Source of the DNA: an uncultured Gammaproteobacteria bacterium
GTDB lineage: Bacteria; Pseudomonadota; Gammaproteobacteria; Steroidobacterales; MnTg04
Direction: 5' to 3'
Assembly: GCA_964568075.1 (NCBI GenBank)
Contig: CAZMOM010000004.1
Location: forward strand, 89,227-153,226
DNA: 64,000 nt
Part shown: piece after piece, positions 52,900 to 59,500 of the stretch
How the letters are laid out: each line of letters starts with the position of its first letter
How positions within the stretch are numbered: position 1 is the stretch's first letter
Made by a program: the position numbers and the translations under genes
Notes under the pieces: generated by a model
Database searches by the model: none
Told to the model about the DNA's origin: nothing
The model's input: only the letters and a program-made list of their open reading frames with translations

Positions 52900-52972
52900 T
52901 TCTAACAATACTTTCAACACGGACGCACAACACGCTGCGCGTGTTGTGCGCCGGTTAACGTGAACGTTAGAT
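52900..52972 (+). repeat. integron attC site 3 (short, different sequence class)
   Basis: ttctaac (52900-06) ... GTTAGAT (52966-72), with the central palindrome gcgcacaacacgc/gcgtgttgtgcgc. Confidence 0.6.
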
Positions 52973-53012
52973 GGCGAGTCGCCAGCGTCCGCAGGTACTT
53001 GGGAGCACAATA

Positions 53013-53447
53013 ATGTTTGCCGAATCGCTCAAAGTTCGGATATTGCTTTTTGCCACAGTAATCGCTGCCCCAACTTGGGCGCAGGAAATACCGCCTGACA
53101 TATTTTCAATTCGGCCCAATGATCTGACCTGGCAAGAAAGTACTGTTGGCTGGGACAAGGCTGAGCTTTACGGTGACATGACCAGTAGCGAATATTCTGT
53201 GGTTCGGTTACGAATGCCGCCGAATTGGGAGGCGCCTGTACACAAGCATGTTCGGACGAAGCTTGAAGTGGTGAGAGTATTGAAGGGAATCCTATTCCTT
53301 GCATTCGGTGAAGATTCAAATCGGGAATCCGCAGTGGAGTATGGTCCTGAGTCCTTCATTGTCTATGCGGAGGGTACCTCAGTTCGAATGTTTACCGGCG
53401 ATGAAGAAGTGTTGGTCGAAATCACTCATCTACCGCGCGCTGAATGA
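53013..53447 (+). CDS. cassette 4: secreted cupin-like protein
   Basis: The signal peptide MFAESLKVRILLFATVIAAPTWA follows the RBS gggag. The ORF-track start at 52971 lies inside the attC core. Domain assignment is weak. Confidence 0.6.
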   Translation: MFAESLKVRILLFATVIAAPTWAQEIPPDIFSIRPNDLTWQESTVGWDKAELYGDMTSSEYSVVRLRMPPNWEAPVHKHVRTKLEVVRVLKGILFLAFGEDSNRESAVEYGPESFIVYAEGTSVRMFTGDEEVLVEITHLPRAE

Positions 53448-53478
53448 CTCGTCGGGATTGCACGCGTGGGTAATCGCC

Positions 53479-53578
53479 ATCTAACCAGTCGCTGCACTTG
53501 CCCCTGGCTATCTATCACCCCTCTTGCATACGCAACAGCCGCGCCAGATACTGGGCGCAAGTGAGCTAAACGTTAGGT
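53479..53578 (+). repeat. integron attC site 4
   Basis: ATCTAAC (53479-85) ... GTTAGGT (53572-78). It belongs to the same sequence class as attC 1 and attC 2. Confidence 0.8.
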
Positions 53579-53584
53579 GGCTTC

Positions 53585-54001
53585 ATGCAGGTCGTTAGAT
53601 TGCTCATGAAACTGATATTTGGAACATTTGCAGCAGCACTAGTCGCGGTTGTCTTGTTGGTCTATATCGCTAAACCGGAGGTACCTGAAGTAAGCGGTAT
53701 ACCGGACTATGATGCTGGGGCCGGCTGTCTCCGTGAAATCCCAAGACAATACGATCCAGAATTTTTCACTTTTAAAGGATGGGTCAAGGCTTTGTACGCT
53801 TACCACGCTGACAAGTGGGGGATAGAAATGAGCCCAGGACTACTCAGCTACTACAAGAGATACTTTCAGTTGCAACTGGATGTAGATTGTTACGTCCGGT
53901 CGGCTAATGATACAGGCCTCAATTTAACGCTGTCGCCAACGGAATTTAAAGCAGTTTATAACGCGATTGCAGAGAACCATGGACTTGAAAGAATTCGCTG
54001 A
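53585..54001 (+). CDS. cassette 5: N-terminally anchored protein, unknown function
   Basis: 138 aa with one N-terminal TM helix. No recognised domain. Confidence 0.6.
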   Translation: MQVVRLLMKLIFGTFAAALVAVVLLVYIAKPEVPEVSGIPDYDAGAGCLREIPRQYDPEFFTFKGWVKALYAYHADKWGIEMSPGLLSYYKRYFQLQLDVDCYVRSANDTGLNLTLSPTEFKAVYNAIAENHGLERIR

Positions 54002-54007
54002 TACGCA

Positions 54008-54082
54008 ATCTAACCATTACCTCCAGCCGGCCGCCTCCGTCGCTGGCGCTCCTCCGGCATCGGCTGAGGCAAGCCGTTAGGC
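54008..54082 (+). repeat. integron attC site 5 (short class)
   Basis: ATCTAAC (54008-14) ... the canonical GTTAGGC (54076-82), with GC-rich paired arms. Confidence 0.7.
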
Positions 54083-54095
54083 GTCAGTTAAGGAT

Positions 54096-54521
54096 GTGGT
54101 CATGACCATTCGCGGTAGCTGCCTTTGTGGCGGCGTTCAATACGAGATTCTTGGCAAGCTACATGACGCCGGGAATTGCCACTGTTCGATGTGCCGTCGA
54201 ACGCACGGTGCTGCGTTCGGTACCTATGCGCGTGTTGATGCAGACGAGTTCCGGTGGCTGTCTGGCGAGGATCTCATTACCGCTTACGAATCCTCGCCTG
54301 GCGGTCATCGCTGTTTTTGTCGTCAATGCGGCTCGCCTTTGGGGGCTGTGGCGGAAGGTGGAAAATTGAGTTGGGTTACGCTGGGCACTGTTACAGGTGA
54401 TCCGGGGTTGCGTCCCGAAACCCATATTTTCGTGGGCTCGAAAGCGCCCTGGTATGAGATAACAGACCATCTCCCCCAATTTGATGAATGGCCACCGGGC
54501 TTCGGACCTGAATCATTCTGA
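54096..54521 (+). CDS. cassette 6: GFA (glutathione-dependent formaldehyde-activating / CENP-V) family protein
   Basis: Zinc-Cys motifs GSCLCGGVQY, CHCSMCRR.HGA and CRQCGSPL. Confidence 0.85.
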   Translation: MVMTIRGSCLCGGVQYEILGKLHDAGNCHCSMCRRTHGAAFGTYARVDADEFRWLSGEDLITAYESSPGGHRCFCRQCGSPLGAVAEGGKLSWVTLGTVTGDPGLRPETHIFVGSKAPWYEITDHLPQFDEWPPGFGPESF

Positions 54522-54527
54522 TCTGCC

Positions 54528-54649
54528 GCCCAACAAATCGCGGAACTTGCCGCCGGGCAGCATCTGTCACAGTTCTTGCAGGATTATTGATATTTGCATT
54601 CGTAACAACCGTACCAGATACTTGGCGCAAGTAAGCTTAGACGTTAGGC
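54528..54649 (+). repeat. integron attC site 6
   Basis: GCCCAAC (54528-34) ... GTTAGGC (54643-49). Its right half (ccagatacttggcgcaagtaagct) is shared with attC 1, 2 and 4. Confidence 0.7.
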
Positions 54650-54664
54650 GCCAACGAGACGACG

Positions 54665-55102
54665 ATGCGAACTTCTGAGAAATGGGACCAAATGACCGAC
54701 GCCGATTGGACTTCATTCGCGGCCTCTTGGTTAGAAGAACTTCACAGTCCTATCGAACCAACTGATTCTGATATCGGCCAATCGGTAGTTTTTATGAACT
54801 TTACGGCAACCCCAGCGCAACAGTGGAAATTCATTGTTGCAGCAGTTGCATGCGCCAAGTCCGATGAGGAACTTGGGCATCTCGCCGTGGGGCCAATGGA
54901 GCATTTGCTCGGGCACCACGGAGAGAAAATTATCGCCCAAGTTGAGGATCGCTCAAAAAGTGATTCTGCTTTTGCGAGGATGTTGACGGGAGTGTGGAAA
55001 TATATGATTTCTGATGAAGTATGGAAGCGCATCCAGGCCATTCAGGCCGGCGTCAAAGACCCTTTGGACCCCCCGGTTGGTAATGACGCAAGTGGTGCCT
55101 GA
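54665..55102 (+). CDS. cassette 7: cytoplasmic protein, unknown function
   Basis: 145-aa ORF with no recognised domain. Confidence 0.6.
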   Translation: MRTSEKWDQMTDADWTSFAASWLEELHSPIEPTDSDIGQSVVFMNFTATPAQQWKFIVAAVACAKSDEELGHLAVGPMEHLLGHHGEKIIAQVEDRSKSDSAFARMLTGVWKYMISDEVWKRIQAIQAGVKDPLDPPVGNDASGA

Positions 55103-55200
55103 CAAGGCGCTGCACTGGCCGCCGGTCATGATTGTCGCGGGTCTTGCATTTAGAGCAACACAAGCGCCAATCACCGGCGCCAGTGGGCTAAGACGTAGGC
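55097..55200 (+). repeat. degenerate attC-like site 7
   Basis: gcctgac (55097-103) ... cgtaggc (55194-200). Both core sites deviate from consensus. Confidence 0.4.
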
Positions 55201-55219
55201 AGCCCGGAGTGGTTCATCC

Positions 55220-55618
55220 ATGAGTCAAGATATTGGAATCGTAGCAATCTACGCAGCTCTCAATGGCTTGCTAATTCTCGGGCTCTCATACAACGTCGGA
55301 CGGCATCGCGCACGAACTGATTCGTTAACGCCGGGAGCCATGGGGGACGAGATACTGATTCGTGCTATTCGAGCTCATGGCAATGCAACCGAGTACATTC
55401 CACTGGCAATCGTTATGCTGCTCATTCTGGCGCTGCTGTCAGCCCCTTCCTCTCTGATCCACGGCCTCGGCGCTGGATTCACTTTCGGACGATTGGCTCA
55501 GGCTTTTGGTATAACTCGTACTAAACACCCGAACGCGATCCGATTCACTGGCAACCTATGCACTGGCTTGGTTTACCTCATCGGTTCAATCGCATGCATC
55601 TACTACGGAGTGGCTTAG
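55220..55618 (+). CDS. cassette 8: MAPEG family membrane protein
   Basis: 132 aa with 4 TM helices and the motif RAHGNATEYIPLAIV. It is a second MAPEG gene in the window (see 45775..46164). Confidence 0.75.
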   Translation: MSQDIGIVAIYAALNGLLILGLSYNVGRHRARTDSLTPGAMGDEILIRAIRAHGNATEYIPLAIVMLLILALLSAPSSLIHGLGAGFTFGRLAQAFGITRTKHPNAIRFTGNLCTGLVYLIGSIACIYYGVA

Positions 55619-55631
55619 TGGCCACACGGCT

Positions 55632-55730
55632 GCCTAACCACTCGCTCCAGCGGAGCAAGCGAAGCGTCACGCATTTTTCTTTCGCAAAAGTCGCGCCTTT
55701 TCACTGCGCCGCTGAGCTCAAACGTTATAT
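55632..55730 (+). repeat. integron attC-like site 8
   Basis: GCCTAAC (55632-38) ... gttatat (55724-30). The right core site is imperfect. Confidence 0.5.
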
Positions 55731-55755
55731 GTAATACAGCAGGAGAGGTGCCGAA

Positions 55756-56103
55756 ATGGCGTCTGATTTAGATTTTGTCGAATTCGTAGTCGATCAAATG
55801 GAAAATGCCGGTGTTATTGCGTACAGAAAAATGTTTGGAGAATATGCGGTTTATTGTGAAGGCAAAGTCGTAGCGCTTATATGCGATAATCAGTTATTTA
55901 TTAAACCGACGAAAGCTGGTAAATCCTATATTGGTAATGTAGTAGAGGCGCCTCCCTATCCCGGAGCCAAACCGTCCTTTCTCATAGAGGAGCAAATCGA
56001 AGACAAAGATTGGATTAGCAACTTGGTGAGACTGACGGAAAGAGAGCTCCCGGAGCCCAAACCGAAGAAAAAACCGAAGCGCAAACGTGGAAAAAACACA
56101 TAG
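55756..56103 (+). CDS. cassette 9: TfoX N-terminal domain protein
   Basis: 115 aa. The FVEFVVDQMENAG.I.YRKMFGEYAVYC.GK.VALICDNQLF.K pattern is typical of the TfoX_N domain. It has a Lys-rich tail. Confidence 0.75.
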   Translation: MASDLDFVEFVVDQMENAGVIAYRKMFGEYAVYCEGKVVALICDNQLFIKPTKAGKSYIGNVVEAPPYPGAKPSFLIEEQIEDKDWISNLVRLTERELPEPKPKKKPKRKRGKNT

Positions 56104-56230
56104 CAAGTCATTCAAGTACGCAGCCTGGCGGCTGGCGGACGCCTGCAGCGCAGGCGCCGCTTAATTCAAGCGTTATGTGGCCGTTTTTTCTGGATTCTGA
56201 GGCGCTCCAAGAAATATAGCGCATCGGCAT

Positions 56231-56593
56231 TTAATCGGGTCCGCCCTCTTTTTGTGCATCGCTTTCTTTTTTTTCTCCGGGCCCCGATGAGACAGACAAA
56301 CTGGATTTCAGTTTGACGATCACGAGCAATAAAAAGGTAATGGCCCAAAAGAAAAGATAAAGCCAACCACCTTTACCAACAAAAACATTACTGACAAAAA
56401 TTACAATAAGTATCAAACTGAGAACGAGCAACAGATACTGTATAACACTGGCTGTCCTGCTTTGAACCAGCAACGCACCACAATTGGAACATTCGTGGCC
56501 TTTCACCGCGTTCAAAAAAATTCGATGCAGCAACGGCAACCGAAAACCGCACGAAGGACATCTTGATCGATAACTATTTTCCGATAAACTCAT
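56231..56593 (-). CDS. putative Rhs immunity protein: zinc-ribbon + two/three TM helices
   Basis: ATG 56593 overlaps the Rhs TGA as ATGA. Two CxxC pairs (CPSCGF, CSNCGA) are followed by strongly hydrophobic segments. The ORF-track start at GTG 56602 is also possible. Confidence 0.6.
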   Translation of the reverse strand: MSLSENSYRSRCPSCGFRLPLLHRIFLNAVKGHECSNCGALLVQSRTASVIQYLLLVLSLILIVIFVSNVFVGKGGWLYLFFWAITFLLLVIVKLKSSLSVSSGPGEKKESDAQKEGGPD

Positions 56594-59500
56594 TCGCCGC
56601 ACTCATCCTCACAATCGTTCCCCGCAGCAAGTATTCTGGCTGCGATAGCTCCGGCGATACCGCCTGTCGCGCCACCAACAGCACCGGTCACAGGGTCAGT
56701 ACCGATGGCGCCGCCTAACGCCCCGCTCACTGCGGCTGCTGTAGCGCCATCACCCAGAAGATCGCCTGCGACGGCACCAACCGCCGCACCTGCAGCAGAG
56801 CGCGCTTTACCGCCAGGACCAGAATTCGTTGCAACAGCCGCCATTCCTACTCCACCTGCAGCACCAACTTGCTGAATGACTATTGCCGACGCCATACCAA
56901 CGCCCGCTCCCCGAACCGCGCCAGCCAGTCCCAATGCAATAGCTCCAGGGATTCCTCCTACCACAGCACCGGTAATTGCTCCCGACACCAAACCGCCGAA
57001 GCCTCCGCCAATGCTCGCTGCAATCGCATTAATCTGGACTTGTGTTAAACAATACAGTCCATAAGGGTCGAAATAAACAATGGGACTGTTTTTGGCGTAT
57101 ACAAAAAGATTGATAGCAGCTGATTGACCTAACGGGTCGGTAGACACGTATCGACCAGTTCCTGGATCATAAAAACGAAAGTAGTTGTAATGCAACCCGG
57201 ACTCGGCATCGAAATACTGACCCGGAAACCTCAGGTTGAGTGTGACATTTGATCCATCTCCATCCGGATCGCCATCAGCGGCGACCCCCCCAAACCCATC
57301 ACCATCCCATCGCCAGACGATTTTCCCCGTATCATCGGTGCCACTGCGCACGGTCGCCAGGTGGTCGCTGTGCAAATAAGTCAACCTCTCCTCGGTCGTC
57401 GTCGTGACCTTGCCCTTGCCATTGCCATTGCCATTGCCATTGCCCTTGCCATTGCCATTGCCATTGCCCTTGCCCTTGCCATTGCCATTGCCATTGCCCT
57501 TGCCATTCCTTGTTGTCGTCGTGACCGGGCCGATTTGCGCTACCGGCCTGTTGCCAAGCCACAGATAGCTGGTCTCCGCCACTCCGCCGTCGGTAGTCTC
57601 GAGAATCAGATTGCCGCCAAGATCATAGTGATAGATCGTGGATCTCCCGTTCGCAATTTTTTTCACCCGCTGACCGAGCGCATTGTAGGTGTACACGCCA
57701 ACTTCTGTAATCGTCGTCTTTGGCTTACCCCTGTACTTGGTCGTGACAGCGGCTGACACAGACTGCAGGCGTCCGGAATCGTTGTAGGCCAGGTCCATCC
57801 CGCGCAAGGATGTGGTGTTGCCGGCGGCATCGAGAACCACGCTCTCACCGGCGATGGCGGTGAGCCGGTTCGAGAGGCTCAGGTAGTCATACGTACCACT
57901 GCTATCGCTGGTTCGATTGCCGTTGGCATCATAGGTAAATGCATCTCCGGCATAATTTCCCTGGTCGGTCTCCAGTCGATTCAGCGCATCATAGGTAAAC
58001 GACTGGTTCATGGCCGGATCGACAAGGTCTGTAATGCCCAGGATGTTCCCGACCGGGTCCAGGCCGTACGACTTATCCAGCAAGCCATTCATGGTGATAC
58101 CGGTTACCCGGTACGCCTGATCATAGGCATAATCCATCGACACGCCGTTGGCGTAGGTCATGGATGTGACTGGCCCAAATGGCTCATAGGCCGCGTTGCT
58201 AATAATCGCTGTCGTAACGCTGTCGACCGAGGTGTTGACCTGGGTCAGCTGTCCGGCGGCATCCCTGACATAGCTGACAATACGCCCGTCCGGGTAGGTT
58301 ATATCGGTGATATTGCCGGCACCGTCATACAGATAGCTGGTCGTATAACTGACGCCGTCGATGACTTTCACATCGCTTACGACGTCACCAAATGTGTTGT
58401 AGCCATAGGATGTTATGCCGCTTTGATCCGCGATCGCTGCTAATCTTGCAATGCCACTCGTTCCCGTGTCGAACGTATAGGTGACATTTTCGCTGGCGTC
58501 GGGATACTGTGTCTTCGTTACGCGATTCAGCACATCGTAACTGTAGGTGGTCGTGACGCCTCTGGCATCTGTCACGCCGACCACATTGCCTGCGATGTCG
58601 TGCGTGTAGAATATTTGTCCTCGATCGGGGCTGCTTTCTGACAACAGGTTGCCCAGGTCGTCATACTCGTAGGTTGTCAGGGCACCGTTTGGCGCATGAA
58701 CGCTGGTGAGATTATCGGTGACGTCGTAGCCATAGACGGTTGACCCAGACAAAGCATCGAGTGTGTCGGTCAATCGATTGAGAGGATCGTAGTTGTTCGT
58801 CGTCGCGTTCAGGTTGGCATCGGTCTCTGAATCCAGATTACCGAGCGCATCAAACAACAGGTCCGTAATGGAACTGCCATTGTTGATCGTATCGATGTTG
58901 TCCCAGATGTCATAAGTTTTCGTCAGCGTCCGCTTGAGCACATTGCTCGCGTCGTAAATCTTCTCCTCTGCCTGATTGCCTTTGAGGTCGTAGGTGTAAT
59001 CAATGTGATTGCCTAGCTCGTCGGTTACGGACAACAGGTTATGCGCCGCGTCGTAGGTATATGTCAGCGTTACACCAGCAGGCGACGTGTTGGTCTTAAG
59101 CTGCCCGGCGTTGTCGTAAGTCATCAACATCGTGCGTGCCGTACCACCGCTCGGCGACTGGCTGATGGTGGTCACCCGTCCCCTCAGATCGTAAATATAG
59201 GTAGTGACGAGGCCATTCGGATCGGTTGACTGCGTCAACCGACCTGCTGCGTCATAACTGTCATAAGTGGTGACGTGGCCCAATGCGTTGGTAACCGACA
59301 GCAGTTGACCGCATTCGGCGCCTGTCGCGCAATTGTAATAAGAAAATTTAGTTGTGTCGGAATCGTCCGTACGCGGACCGTCGACCGATGTAATCTGACC
59401 ATTGGTGTTGTACCGAAACGATATGCTTCGGCTCACGGCCGTGCCGTCTGGCCGATAACCATCGATCGTCACACTCTCGGGTAACTGCGCCGCGTTATAG

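Larger units (their letters stand above)
50923..56180 (+). mobile_element. integron-type gene cassette array (about 9 cassettes) with no integron integrase in the window (CALIN-like)
   Basis: Nine short same-strand ORFs. Each is followed by a 73-122 bp imperfect palindrome bounded by RYYYAAC ... GTTRRRY core sites (details in the attC features). Confidence 0.8.

Noticed and set aside
51558-55730. Regularly spaced ~100-bp repeats that might be mistaken for a CRISPR array.
   Set aside because: The repeats are 73-122 bp imperfect palindromes with RYYYAAC/GTTRRRY ends. The spacers are 400-600 bp and each contains a complete ORF. No cas genes are present. This is an integron attC architecture, not CRISPR.
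56105-56178. A possible tenth attC site after the TfoX cassette (gcggacgcctgc/gcaggcgccgc imperfect palindrome, then gttatgt).
   Set aside because: No complementary inverse core (acataac) precedes it, and the flanking attcaag motifs are direct repeats, not inverted ones. It may simply be a bidirectional terminator between convergent genes, so I did not call it as a feature.
57332-57756. ORFs encoding WQWQWQGQGQ... (57332..57562, -) and AIAIAIALAIAIA... (57361..57756, +).
   Set aside because: These are alternative-frame or antisense readings of the hexanucleotide repeat inside the well-supported Rhs reading frame.
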